This document shows, piece by piece, positions 16,714 to 25,707 of a stretch of DNA of 35,350 bases (positions within the stretch are counted from its first letter, which is position 1; each line of letters begins with the position of its first letter). The notes below the pieces were generated by a model. It was given only the letters and a program-made list of their open reading frames with translations. It was not told where the DNA came from and ran no database searches. Origin of the DNA: Patescibacteria group bacterium (lineage in GTDB: Bacteria > Patescibacteriota > Minisyncoccia > UBA10092). The position numbers and the translations under genes were made by a program. The stretch lies in assembly GCA_018826255.1 (NCBI GenBank), contig JAHJZO010000023.1, positions 1 to 35,350 of the forward strand, written 5' to 3'.

Positions 16714-16742
16714 AGTATAAATGTTTAATAAATTTCTCGCAA
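16714..16742 (-). promoter_or_regulatory. candidate dnaB promoter (TTGCGA, 17-nt spacer, TATACT on the minus strand)
   Basis: The reverse complement of 16737-16742 is TTGCGA, and of 16714-16719 is TATACT. Confidence 0.4.
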
Positions 16743-16809
16743 ATAAAAAAGTTGAAAACATGTGAATTGTATTTTTAAAAAAATTTAGTATTACGCTCTG
16801 GAAAATTCC

Positions 16810-17067
16810 TTGAGGCGCGAAATTAGAGAAGAAGCGGGCATTAAAGTCGGCAAGATGAGTTATTGTTGCGACATGACTTTTATTAGACTGGATAATATTC
16901 CGGTTATTATTTTAAGCTTCTATGCGCCGTATCAAAGTGGAGAAATAAAACTAGATAACGAAAGCATAGATCACGCCTGGGCAACTTTTGACGAGCTAAA
17001 AAACCACGACCTTATCGAGGGCATCGCGGACGAAATCAAAATGGTTGATGAGATAGTGAAAAGTTAA
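16810..17067 (+). pseudogene. Nudix hydrolase remnant (C-terminal ~85 codons only)
   Basis: The ORF opens with (L)RREIREEAGI, the second half of the Nudix box (REUxEExGU). The Gx5Ex7 half and the preceding beta-strands are missing. An in-frame TAG lies 9 codons upstream of the TTG. Confidence 0.55.
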
Positions 17068-17105
17068 ATTGCATGTTTATTTCCGATCGGCTGATAACAT
17101 GCAAT
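17068..17105. terminator. hairpin between the convergent Nudix remnant and cysS
   Basis: ATTGCATGTT (17068-17077) pairs with AACATGCAAT (17096-17105). The loop contains the palindrome CCGATCGG. The U-tracts are weak. Confidence 0.45.
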
Positions 17106-17138
17106 TTGATGTTTTGACACCAAATAAGTGCGGAATCT

Positions 17139-18524
17139 TTAATTCTTTTTTAGTTTTGGGCCGGAGGGGGAGTCGTCAATCAGCCAGCCGAGGGATTCGA
17201 TTTTTTTACGGAGTTCGTCAGATTTGGTGAAGTTTTTTTCTTGGCGGCATTTTTCACGCTCTTTTACCAGTTTCAAAACTATCACCGGAATTTTTTCTGA
17301 TTTTATCTTACCAAGGTTCAATCCAAGAACTTTATCAAAATCAATAATTAAATTATATTTAGTTTTTGGATTCAATTTTTCAGATTTAACAATTTCCCAC
17401 AAAAGCGCCAACGCACGCGGCATATCTAGGTCATCATTTATATATTTTTCAAATTCTTTGGATAAGTGTTTTTTTAACACTCTGACATTCTCGAGAATGT
17501 CAGAGTGTTGTTTCTGCTCATTTTTAATTTCTATTATTGCTTCCCTTAATTTTTCAAGCGCGTTTTGAGACGCTTGCAGACTCTCCCAAGTAAAATTTAG
17601 TTTTGAGCGGTAGTGAGCAGTTAATGACAAATAGCGGAAGGCGAGGGGGTCAAATTTCTTTGCTTCCAAATCGCGGAGATTGAATATATTTCCCAACGAT
17701 TTTGACATTTTTTCGCCGTTAACCGATAAATGTTCGCCTTCAATAAAATATTTAACAAATGTTTTTCCCGTTGCTCCCTCGGACTGAGCGATTTCATTTT
17801 CATGGTGGGGGAATATTAAATCAACGGCGCCGCCGTGAATATCAAAAGTATTTCCTAAATATTTCATTGACATTGCCGAACATTCTATGTGCCAACCCGG
17901 CCTACCTTTGCCGAAAGGCGCATCCCACAACGGCTCATTATTTTTCGCTACTTTCCACAAAACAAAATCTTCAGCGCTTGTTTTGTCGTATTCATCGGAA
18001 TCAATACGGGATTGATTTTTTCCGCCAAAGGCGGATCCGCTTCTGGCGGACAGACCGCTTAACTTTCCATAGGATTTGAACTTCGAAATATCAAAATAAA
18101 CTGAACCGCCAGTTTCATAAGCCAAGCCATTTTTAAGAAGCGCCGCAATGAGCTTGATCATATCTTTGATATGTTTTGTCGCTTTCGGATATTTCCAAGC
18201 TTTTTCAATATTTAGTTTTTTTAAGTCCTCAAAAAACGCTTTTTCATACGGTTTAACAAAATCGGAAATGGATTTTCCCGTTTTTTGTGACTCACGAATT
18301 ATTTTGTCTTCCACATCGGTAATATTAACCACGAGATTAACTTTGTATCCGTTGTATTCAAGCGTCCGCTTCAAAATGTCTTCAAAAATATAAGTTCGCA
18401 AATTGCCTATGTGCGCGTAATCATAAACCGTTGGCCCGCAAGCGTAAAATCCCACCTGTTTGGGGCGCAAGGATTTAAATGTTTCTTTTTTTCGGATTAG
18501 AAAATTGTAGAATTTTACAGCCAT
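17139..18524 (-). CDS. cysS: cysteine--tRNA ligase
   Basis: CGPTVYDYAHIGNLRTY (HIGH-type), WHIECS and KMSKSLGN. The start is trimmed to MAVKFYN, giving a 10-nt overlap with the corA 3' end. Confidence 0.93.
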   Translation of the reverse strand: MAVKFYNFLIRKKETFKSLRPKQVGFYACGPTVYDYAHIGNLRTYIFEDILKRTLEYNGYKVNLVVNITDVEDKIIRESQKTGKSISDFVKPYEKAFFEDLKKLNIEKAWKYPKATKHIKDMIKLIAALLKNGLAYETGGSVYFDISKFKSYGKLSGLSARSGSAFGGKNQSRIDSDEYDKTSAEDFVLWKVAKNNEPLWDAPFGKGRPGWHIECSAMSMKYLGNTFDIHGGAVDLIFPHHENEIAQSEGATGKTFVKYFIEGEHLSVNGEKMSKSLGNIFNLRDLEAKKFDPLAFRYLSLTAHYRSKLNFTWESLQASQNALEKLREAIIEIKNEQKQHSDILENVRVLKKHLSKEFEKYINDDLDMPRALALLWEIVKSEKLNPKTKYNLIIDFDKVLGLNLGKIKSEKIPVIVLKLVKEREKCRQEKNFTKSDELRKKIESLGWLIDDSPSGPKLKKN

Positions 18525-19408
18525 TTTTTGGTCTTGAAGTAAATCCACATGAATGTTGACGTGAAGAAAACAGTTATGGCCACAATCCAAAAATCGGCGG
18601 GATTCATTTGAGTAATGGCGGCGACGAGCATTGCCGGGAAAGTTATAAAAGACAACATAGTGAAAGTTCTTATAATGGTATTCGTTTTGTTGCTCAATAA
18701 ATTTGCATGAGTGTCTTCCAAGGCATTTATAGTACCCGTGTAATTATCTACCTCATTCCAGATTCTTTCATAGTCGCTGATAAGGTCATTGAAATAAATT
18801 TTCAAATCGGCGCTTTTTTCCGGCCAAAAATTTATTCCCCGGTTAGCTAAAGAATTAAAGATTCTATTTAGTGGTCTTATGGCAATCCGAAAATCCAAAA
18901 CATCTCTTTTGACAATCAGCAGTTCTTTGATCAACTCGCGTTCCATTCCTCTGAACATATTATCTTCAATCCGATTGATATTCTTGCCAATGTGAACCAA
19001 TTGTCTTTCAGCAAAGTTCAGGAGTTCTTCGCTCACCCAATAAAACAAATGGCCGCTGGTTGAACCGAAGCACTTGGATTTAAAGTCGGATTTATTTTCG
19101 CATTTTTTCATTAAATCCCTCAGTGGCTCAATCGATTCGTTGTGAATTGTTATCAGTTGATTTTCGGCGATTAAAAAATCAAGTTCAATCGGTTTGGTTG
19201 TTTTTTTTGCCTGATGAAAAACCGGCACATGCATCGCCAAAAACATATAGTTGTCAAAATATTCAACCTTTTCCCTCTGGGAAGCGGGGATTAGCTCGTC
19301 TAAAACAATCGTGTGAATATTAAAATTATTTTTCAGCCACTCTAAATCTTTTTTATTTGGCCTTTCTATATCCGTCCAGGTTAATCCATTTTCGGTTATA
19401 GTTTTCAT
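18515..19408 (-). CDS. corA: CorA-family divalent cation transporter with a non-canonical QMN motif
   Basis: 297 aa with a CorA-like cytoplasmic domain and two C-terminal TMs ending ..YFKTKKWL. The pore-loop motif reads TQMNP instead of YGMNF. Confidence 0.8.
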   Translation of the reverse strand: MKTITENGLTWTDIERPNKKDLEWLKNNFNIHTIVLDELIPASQREKVEYFDNYMFLAMHVPVFHQAKKTTKPIELDFLIAENQLITIHNESIEPLRDLMKKCENKSDFKSKCFGSTSGHLFYWVSEELLNFAERQLVHIGKNINRIEDNMFRGMERELIKELLIVKRDVLDFRIAIRPLNRIFNSLANRGINFWPEKSADLKIYFNDLISDYERIWNEVDNYTGTINALEDTHANLLSNKTNTIIRTFTMLSFITFPAMLVAAITQMNPADFWIVAITVFFTSTFMWIYFKTKKWL

Positions 19409-19479
19409 TTTTTATTATAAAAATTGATTGATAATATAATCACTTTATCACAATTTCGCCCCCAATGCCAAAAGTACAT

Positions 19480-19506
19480 TTAGCACTCTTGACAAGGGAG
19501 TGCTAG
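19480..19506 (+). promoter_or_regulatory. CIRCE operator (HrcA binding site) overlapping the hrcA operon promoter
   Basis: TTAGCACTC-TTGACAAGG-GAGTGCTAG compared with the consensus TTAGCACTC-N9-GAGTGCTAA. The spacer contains TTGACA (-35), and TATATA lies 16 nt downstream (19511-19516). Confidence 0.85.
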
Positions 19507-19528
19507 TTTTTATATACTGGTAAATATC

Positions 19529-19948
19529 ATGAACTTAGAAGGCAGGCCAAGAGAAATATTTGTTATCGTGGTGGGGGAATTTATAAAAACCGCAAGGCCG
19601 GTCGGTTCCGAATTTTTGGCCGAAAATTATGACTTAGACGTAAGTTCGGCTACAATAAGAAACGATTTGGCTTTTCTTGAAGAGTTGGGATTTTTAAACA
19701 AACCCCATCCCTCCGGAGGAAGGATGCCTACAGCTCACGGCTGGCACTATTTTATGGAAGAGGTTTGGCAGCCGTCATATTTGAAAGAGGAAGAAACACT
19801 AAAGTTTGAAAATTCTGTTTCAAATTTAATCAATGCCTCTATAGAAGTTAAGGAATGCGTTTCAAAAATTTTCCCGGATGTCTCGGAAGAATTTTTGAAA
19901 AGATTTTTAATGGATAAAATATTTAATAACTATGGAAGAAAAAAATAA
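19529..19948 (+). CDS. hrcA: HrcA-like repressor, N-terminal winged-helix domain only (139 aa)
   Basis: FIKTARPVGSEFLAENYDLDVSSATIRNDLAFLEELGFLNKPHPSGGRMPT matches the HrcA DNA-binding domain. The ~200 aa of C-terminal domains are absent. Confidence 0.8.
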   Translation: MNLEGRPREIFVIVVGEFIKTARPVGSEFLAENYDLDVSSATIRNDLAFLEELGFLNKPHPSGGRMPTAHGWHYFMEEVWQPSYLKEEETLKFENSVSNLINASIEVKECVSKIFPDVSEEFLKRFLMDKIFNNYGRKK

Positions 19949-20387
19949 AAAAGAAGACGAAGATTTAGAAACAATAAAAAAACAGGCCGAAGAATACTTA
20001 AATGGATGGAAGCGCGCCAAAGCCGATTATCTTAACCTAAAAAAAGATATGGAAGCGCAAAGCAAAGAACTGAAAGAATGGATGTCAAAAATATTTCTGC
20101 TACCCCTGTTGGAAATTATGGATAGTTTTGACAGAGCGGGGACTTTAGACCCGGGCATTGAAGGAATTAAGAAGCAATTTGAAGATTTTTTAAAAAATAG
20201 CAAAGTTGAGGCGATGAAAGCTGTCGGTGAGAAGTTTGATCCGTTAAAACACGAAGCGATTGAATCTATAGGTGGTGGCCTGTCTGCGCAGGCAGGCGAA
20301 CCGGAAATTATAGCGGAAGAAATACAAAAAGGGTATTTAATCGGCGAAGAGATTTTGAGACCGGCGAAAGTCAAAGTTTATAAATAA
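19932..20387 (+). CDS. grpE: nucleotide exchange factor GrpE
   Basis: YLNGWKRAKADYLNLKK.., FDPLKHEA, QKGY and RPAKVKV. Confidence 0.9.
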   Translation: MEEKNKKEDEDLETIKKQAEEYLNGWKRAKADYLNLKKDMEAQSKELKEWMSKIFLLPLLEIMDSFDRAGTLDPGIEGIKKQFEDFLKNSKVEAMKAVGEKFDPLKHEAIESIGGGLSAQAGEPEIIAEEIQKGYLIGEEILRPAKVKVYK

Positions 20388-20406
20388 ATAAATAAAAATA
20401 AAAAAT

Positions 20407-22254
20407 ATGGCAAAAATACTAGGAATAGATCTCGGGACTACTTATTCGGCAATGGCAATTGTTGAAGGCGGCAACCCGAAAATAATTGAGAACAAAGAGG
20501 GCAATAGAACTACGCCTTCTATTGTGGCGACCGCCAAGAATGGCGAGCGCTTGGTAGGGCTTTTGGCGAAAAGACAGGCCGTTATTAATCCCGAAAATAC
20601 CATTTTTTCAATGAAACGGCTTATAGGGCGGAGATGGAACGATCCGGAAATTTCGCGCGACCAAAAATGGCTACCCTACAAAATACAGCAATCAAGTTCT
20701 GGCGGCGTGGAAATAAATATGTCAGGCAAGTGGTACCGGCCGGAGGAAATCTCGGCGATGGTTCTGCAAAAAATGAAGCAGGATGCGGAAGAAAAACTGG
20801 GCGAAAAAATTACCGAAGCCATCATAACCGTGCCGGCGTATTTTGACGATTCTCAAAGGCAGGCGACAAAAAACGCGGGAGAAATCGCCGGATTAAAGGT
20901 CTTAAGAATTATAAACGAACCGACGGCCGCGGCTTTGGCGTATGGCTTGGACAAGAAAAAGTCGGAGCAAATCGTAGTTTATGATTTTGGCGGCGGCACA
21001 TTTGATATTTCGGTTCTGGAAATCGGCGATGACACAATTGAAGTAAAAGCCACCGGCGGTGATACTCATTTGGGAGGTGATGATTTTGACCAGCGCATTA
21101 CCAATCATCTCGTTGATCTGTTTAAAAAAGAACAGGGAATTGATTTGTCAAAAGATAATATGGCTCTAGCGCGGCTGAAAGAGGCGGCAGAAAAGGCCAA
21201 GCTTGAACTTTCAACCGTTATGGAAACGGAAATTAATCTGCCGTTTATCACTTCCGACGCTTCTGGCCCAAAACATTTTATTACCAAATTAACGCGGGCA
21301 AAACTTGAAGAATTAGTCCACGATTTTATTGCTACTTCGCTTGAATTGGTGAAGCAAACAGTAAAAGAAGCGAATTTTTCTCTTTCGGATGTTGATGAAA
21401 TTGTTTTGGTTGGCGGCCAAACCAGAATGCCGGCGATTGCCGATGCGGTAAAGAATTTATTCGGCAAAGAACCGCACAAAGGCATTAATCCAGATGAAGT
21501 CGTCGCGCTCGGCGCTGCAGTACAAGGCGGAGTTTTGCAGGGAGATGTCCGCGATATTTTGCTTTTGGATGTTACTCCTTTGACATTGGGTATTGAAACA
21601 TTGGGCAATGTCGCCACTCCTATGATTGCCAAAAATACAACTATTCCAACGGCGAAAACGCAGACATTTTCAACGGCAGCCGATAACCAACCACAGGTGG
21701 AAATTCATGTTCTTCAGGGAGAACGGCCAATGTCGGCTGACAACAAAACTCTAGGCAAGTTTATTTTGGACGGCATTCCACCGGCGTCAAGAGGCGTTCC
21801 CCAAATTGAAGTAACATTTGACATTGATGCCAATGGCATTTTGAACGTTTCTGCCATTGATAAAGCCAGCGGTAAAAAACAGGCGATAACCATTACCGCT
21901 TCTACCGGTTTATCAAAAGAGGAAGTGGAAAAAATGAAAAAAGAAGCGGAAATTCACGCGCAGGAAGATTCCAAGAAAAAAGAAGAAATTGAAATAAAAA
22001 ATTCCGCCGAGTCGCTAGTTTATATGTCTGAAAAAGCGGTTAAAGACGCTGGGGATAAGGTAAAACCTGAAGACAAAAAAACAATTGAAGAAAAAATAGA
22101 CGCATTAAAGAAAATAAAAGATAGTGCCGATATTGAAGCAATTAAAAAAGCATCGCAAGAATTATCAACCGAAATCCAGAAAATCGGACAAGCGATGTAC
22201 AACCCGCCTGCGGAAGAAAAAAAAGAAGAACCGAAGACAGAGGAAACTAAATAA
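20407..22254 (+). CDS. dnaK: molecular chaperone DnaK (Hsp70)
   Basis: [27 protein letters not shown] and [10 protein letters not shown]. Confidence 0.98.
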   Translation: MAKILGIDLGTTYSAMAIVEGGNPKIIENKEGNRTTPSIVATAKNGERLVGLLAKRQAVINPENTIFSMKRLIGRRWNDPEISRDQKWLPYKIQQSSSGGVEINMSGKWYRPEEISAMVLQKMKQDAEEKLGEKITEAIITVPAYFDDSQRQATKNAGEIAGLKVLRIINEPTAAALAYGLDKKKSEQIVVYDFGGGTFDISVLEIGDDTIEVKATGGDTHLGGDDFDQRITNHLVDLFKKEQGIDLSKDNMALARLKEAAEKAKLELSTVMETEINLPFITSDASGPKHFITKLTRAKLEELVHDFIATSLELVKQTVKEANFSLSDVDEIVLVGGQTRMPAIADAVKNLFGKEPHKGINPDEVVALGAAVQGGVLQGDVRDILLLDVTPLTLGIETLGNVATPMIAKNTTIPTAKTQTFSTAADNQPQVEIHVLQGERPMSADNKTLGKFILDGIPPASRGVPQIEVTFDIDANGILNVSAIDKASGKKQAITITASTGLSKEEVEKMKKEAEIHAQEDSKKKEEIEIKNSAESLVYMSEKAVKDAGDKVKPEDKKTIEEKIDALKKIKDSADIEAIKKASQELSTEIQKIGQAMYNPPAEEKKEEPKTEETK

Positions 22255-22847
22255 TGGCAAAAGATTATTATGAAATTTTGGGGGTTGATAAAAACGCGCC
22301 TGAAGGTGAAATAAAGCGCGCTTACAGAAAATTAGCGCACCAGCACCATCCCGATAAAAACGGCGGTGAAGATAAAAAGTTCAAAGAAATCAACGAGGCA
22401 TACCAGGTTCTCGGGAACAAAGAAAAAAAAGAGCAATACGACAGGTTTGGGCGGACTTTCGATAGCGGCGGCTTTTCTGGTGAAGGATTTGGTGATTTTG
22501 GCGGTCTCTCAGATATTTTAGAAGAACTTTTTGGTTTCAGCCGCCAAAGAAGCAGAGGCGGGTTTGACGATTTTTTTAGCGGTGGGTTCAATCGCGCTTG
22601 GTCAACCATTCAAACAACTTTGAATCTGGATTTTGTTACGGCGGCGCTGGGAGGAGAAATTGAAGTTTCGGTAAGAGGCGAGAGATTAAAATTAAAAATC
22701 CCCGCCGGAATTCAAAACGGCGAAGCATTGGTGCATCATGGGAAAAATGGTGATATAATTTTTGTGGTGAACATAAAAATGCCAAAAAATATTTCCCGCA
22801 AAGCGCGAGAGCTTTTGGAAGAATTAAAAAAGGAAATAAATGAGTAA
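22254..22847 (+). CDS. dnaJ: DnaJ-like co-chaperone lacking the zinc-finger domain (J domain, G/F region and a short C-terminal fragment)
   Basis: [21 protein letters not shown] carries the HPD motif, followed by a G/F-rich stretch. No CxxCxGxG repeats are present. At 197 aa it is short. TAATG overlap with dnaK. Confidence 0.8.
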   Translation: MAKDYYEILGVDKNAPEGEIKRAYRKLAHQHHPDKNGGEDKKFKEINEAYQVLGNKEKKEQYDRFGRTFDSGGFSGEGFGDFGGLSDILEELFGFSRQRSRGGFDDFFSGGFNRAWSTIQTTLNLDFVTAALGGEIEVSVRGERLKLKIPAGIQNGEALVHHGKNGDIIFVVNIKMPKNISRKARELLEELKKEINE

Positions 22848-23316
22848 TCCAACGTGGGATATTTTAATGCTGTTGTTTTTCTTTTCAGCGGTGTTTATTT
22901 ATGGTCTTTTTGCTGGACGCAACAAAACAATCGTGTTATTGTTGGCGGCATATCCGGCGACTTTGCTTAATGAATATTTTCCTTATCCCGCTGGTTTCTT
23001 GTCTCGGTTTAATGTATCTCAAGTAATCTTTTTAAGAGTATTTTCTTTTTTTGTTTTAACGTTGATTATTTTTTGGATTTTAGGCAAAACCGGCTTATCA
23101 AGAAAAGAAGTAAACAGAAAAACAGGACAGATTATATTTTTAAGTTTTTTAAGCGTTGGTTTTTGGGCAAATATAGTTCTTGGTTACGCGCTAAAAGCCG
23201 ATTCGGAAATCGTAAAGCTCACGCCAGTTACCCAATTTCTATTCGGTTCCAACTGGGCACATTTCATCTGGCTGGTACTGCCGCTCCTCGCGCTGTTTTA
23301 CATTAAAAGAAAATAA
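22840..23316 (+). CDS. hypothetical 4-TM membrane protein (possibly CvpA-like)
   Basis: 158-aa hydrophobic ORF with an 8-nt overlap with dnaJ. The family assignment is tentative. Confidence 0.4.
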   Translation: MSNPTWDILMLLFFFSAVFIYGLFAGRNKTIVLLLAAYPATLLNEYFPYPAGFLSRFNVSQVIFLRVFSFFVLTLIIFWILGKTGLSRKEVNRKTGQIIFLSFLSVGFWANIVLGYALKADSEIVKLTPVTQFLFGSNWAHFIWLVLPLLALFYIKRK

Positions 23317-23321
23317 TACGC

Positions 23322-23392
23322 GCCCCCATAGCTTAATGGTAAAGCAGTTGCCTTTTAAGCAATTGACTCAGGTTCGATTCCTGGTGGGGGCA
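23322..23392 (+). tRNA. tRNA-Lys (anticodon TTT)
   Basis: Hand-folded: acceptor GCCCCCA/TGGGGGC, D arm GCTT-AATGGTA-AAGC, anticodon arm GTTGC-CTTTTAA-GCAAT, T arm TCAGG-TTCGATT-CCTGG. No CCA. Confidence 0.88.
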
Positions 23393-23412
23393 TAAATTTT
23401 TCTAGTTGAGAT

Positions 23413-23441
23413 TTGCCTGTTGGTGTCGTGTTTGGTAAAAT
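23413..23441 (+). promoter_or_regulatory. candidate ftsEX promoter (TTGCCT, 17-nt spacer, TAAAAT)
   Basis: TTGCCT at 23413-23418 and TAAAAT at 23436-23441, 15 nt before the ftsE ATG. Confidence 0.4.
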
Positions 23442-23455
23442 ATATCCATAGAACG

Positions 23456-24139
23456 ATGATTCGATTTGAGAATATCAGCAAAATTTACAACAGCCATTCG
23501 GTAGCGCTTAAAGATGTTACTTTTGAGGTCAACCCGCACGAGTTTGTTTCGCTTGTGGGGCGTTCCGGAGCGGGAAAATCAACTCTTTTAAAACTGCTGA
23601 TCGCCGAAGAGAAGCCGACCAGCGGGAAAATCTTTTTCAATAGGCAAAACGTTCTGAAGATGCCGAATAGAGAATTACCTTTTCTGCGCCGCCAAATAGG
23701 GGCGGTTTTTCAGGATTTTAAACTTTTGCCAAACAAAACGGCTTACGAAAATGTCGCTTTCGCGATGGAAGTTGCCGGTAAAAGTGAAAGGGAAATTAAA
23801 AATGATGTCTCCAGAGTTTTGGATTTAGTTGGTTTAAAAGATAAAATGAACAACTTTCCCCGCGAACTTTCCGGCGGTGAAAAACAACGAGTTGCTATCG
23901 CGAGGGCGATGGTGCATCGTCCCAGCGTTATCGTTGCCGACGAACCGACCGGCAATCTGGATCCTATTAATACTTGGGATATTATCCGTCTGCTTTTAAA
24001 AATTAACGAACTAGGCACAACGGTCATTTTGGCCACTCACGATAAAGAAATTATAAACGCCTTGGAAAGACGGGTAGTCAGCTTGGAAAACGGAACTGTG
24101 GCCAGGGACGAAAATCCCGGCCGTTACATTCTTTCGTAG
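23456..24139 (+). CDS. ftsE: cell-division ABC transporter ATP-binding protein FtsE
   Basis: MIRFENISKIY, GRSGAGKST, LSGGEKQRVAIARA and VADEPTGNLD. Confidence 0.92.
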   Translation: MIRFENISKIYNSHSVALKDVTFEVNPHEFVSLVGRSGAGKSTLLKLLIAEEKPTSGKIFFNRQNVLKMPNRELPFLRRQIGAVFQDFKLLPNKTAYENVAFAMEVAGKSEREIKNDVSRVLDLVGLKDKMNNFPRELSGGEKQRVAIARAMVHRPSVIVADEPTGNLDPINTWDIIRLLLKINELGTTVILATHDKEIINALERRVVSLENGTVARDENPGRYILS

Positions 24140-24143
24140 AATT

Positions 24144-25052
24144 ATGTTCATAACACTAAATAGAATAACAAAATCCGGATTTATAAATTTTTGGCGAAAC
24201 GGCTGGTTATCAACAGCTACGGTTTTGATTATGACGATAACCCTAGCCGCTTGGACCAGCATTTTTTTGCTCAATGTCGTTTTAACATCTGTTTTGGACA
24301 TGCTGGCCGAAAAAGTTGATGTCAGTGTTTATTTTAATTTAGACACTAAAGAATCCAATATTTTGTCTTTGAAATCAAAACTGGAAGGGTTAAATGAAGT
24401 CGCTAGCGTTGAGTATGTTTCTGCCGAGCAGGCGCTGGAGATTTTTAAGAAAAGTCATGCCGGTGACGAGGTTCTTATTAAATCGGTGCAAGAATTAACC
24501 GATAATCCTTTGGAAGCCAGTTTGAATATATTAGCTAAGGATTCTTCAAATTACGGAGTAATTGCCGACTTTATTGATCAATCCGCGGAAAAAAATACTA
24601 TCAGTAAAATCAATTATACGGAAAATAAAGTTGTAATAGATCGGTTGAATAATATTATAAGGATTCTCCGCCAAAGCGGCGCTGTAGCAGGATTGGCGCT
24701 GGCTTTTATCGCATTCTTGGTGGCATTCAACACGGTGCGGCTGGCAATCTATTCCTCGCGGGAAGAAATAACGGTAATGAAACTTGTCGGCGCGTCCAAC
24801 TGGTTTGTGCGTGGGCCATTTATTGTTGAGGGCATTTTGCACGGCCTCATAGGCGCGCTTTTCTCTCTGGCAATTGTTGTTTCCATTGTTGCTTTTTTAG
24901 GGCCGAAGCTTCTTAATTTCTTGCCGGAAATAAACATGGTAAATTACATAGGCGACAACTTTTGGTTCCTGTTGCTTTTCCAGGCATTAGGAGGCATAAT
25001 TTTGGGCGTATTTTCCAGCTGGGTAGCGGTACGAAAATACCTGAACGTATAA
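24144..25052 (+). CDS. ftsX: cell-division permease FtsX
   Basis: An N-terminal TM, an extracellular domain, three C-terminal TMs and MKLVGASNWFVRGPF. Adjacent to ftsE. Confidence 0.88.
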   Translation: MFITLNRITKSGFINFWRNGWLSTATVLIMTITLAAWTSIFLLNVVLTSVLDMLAEKVDVSVYFNLDTKESNILSLKSKLEGLNEVASVEYVSAEQALEIFKKSHAGDEVLIKSVQELTDNPLEASLNILAKDSSNYGVIADFIDQSAEKNTISKINYTENKVVIDRLNNIIRILRQSGAVAGLALAFIAFLVAFNTVRLAIYSSREEITVMKLVGASNWFVRGPFIVEGILHGLIGALFSLAIVVSIVAFLGPKLLNFLPEINMVNYIGDNFWFLLLFQALGGIILGVFSSWVAVRKYLNV

Positions 25053-25072
25053 TTTTACAAAATCGTATATTT

Positions 25073-25143
25073 TGCGGGATCGTCTAATGGTAGGACGTTT
25101 GGCTCTGAACCAAAAAATTGGGGTCCGAATCCCTGTCCCGCAG
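25073..25143 (+). tRNA. tRNA-Gln (anticodon CTG) with an atypical T-loop
   Basis: Hand-folded: acceptor TGCGGGA/TCCCGCA (U1-A72), anticodon arm TTTGG-CTCTGAA-CCAAA, discriminator G. The T arm is TGGGG-TCCGAAT-CCCTG, with two wobble pairs and C at position 55. No CCA. Confidence 0.8.
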
Positions 25144-25145
25144 CT

Positions 25146-25622
25146 ATGAATAGAGCAATGATTCTTATAACTTATCTTGGAAACTGGCAGACCATTATTG
25201 GTTTGGGGATTGTTGCGTTTGTAGTTTTGTGGTTAATGCGCAAAAAACGAGAAACCGGTTTTTTGGCTGTTGCTTTAGTAAGCGGTGAAATCATTAAGGA
25301 GCTTCTCAAGATTCTCATTCATCGCCAGCGACCGGACGCAACATTCGCTTTAATATCGGAAACCGGTTATTCATTTCCCAGTGGTCACGCGGTTATGTCG
25401 GTTATTTTTTACGGAATGATTTGCTATTTTATTTACCAAGTATGCAAAAACAAATGGCAAAGAATAATTTCATTAATTATAACTGTCGTTCTTGTTTTTC
25501 TGATTGGATTTTCGCGGGTTTATCTTGGCGTTCACTGGGCTTCCGATGTTTTTGCCGGATGGCTTATCGGCGGCGCGATACTTGTGTTTTTTATCGTTAA
25601 GTTGAAGAATATAAAGAATTAG
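25146..25622 (+). CDS. PAP2-family phosphatase (BcrC/PgpB-like)
   Basis: KILIHRQRP, SFPSGHA and SRVYLGVHWASDV give the three acid-phosphatase motifs. The gene starts 2 nt after tRNA-Gln. Confidence 0.85.
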   Translation: MNRAMILITYLGNWQTIIGLGIVAFVVLWLMRKKRETGFLAVALVSGEIIKELLKILIHRQRPDATFALISETGYSFPSGHAVMSVIFYGMICYFIYQVCKNKWQRIISLIITVVLVFLIGFSRVYLGVHWASDVFAGWLIGGAILVFFIVKLKNIKN

Positions 25623-25707
25623 TCCATACTAAATCAATTATGTCTGAATTAGCCTTTTCAATTTTACCAAAACCTTTAAGCGACGAGGAAGACGAGGAGG
25701 AAATATA

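Noticed and set aside
21105-21632. 175-aa minus-strand ORF inside dnaK, together with 20027-20374 inside grpE, 26229-26747 across ccdA and the helical gene, and 32159-32701 inside the pyrD-like gene.
   Set aside because: All are antisense shadows of well-supported genes and have no recognisable domains.
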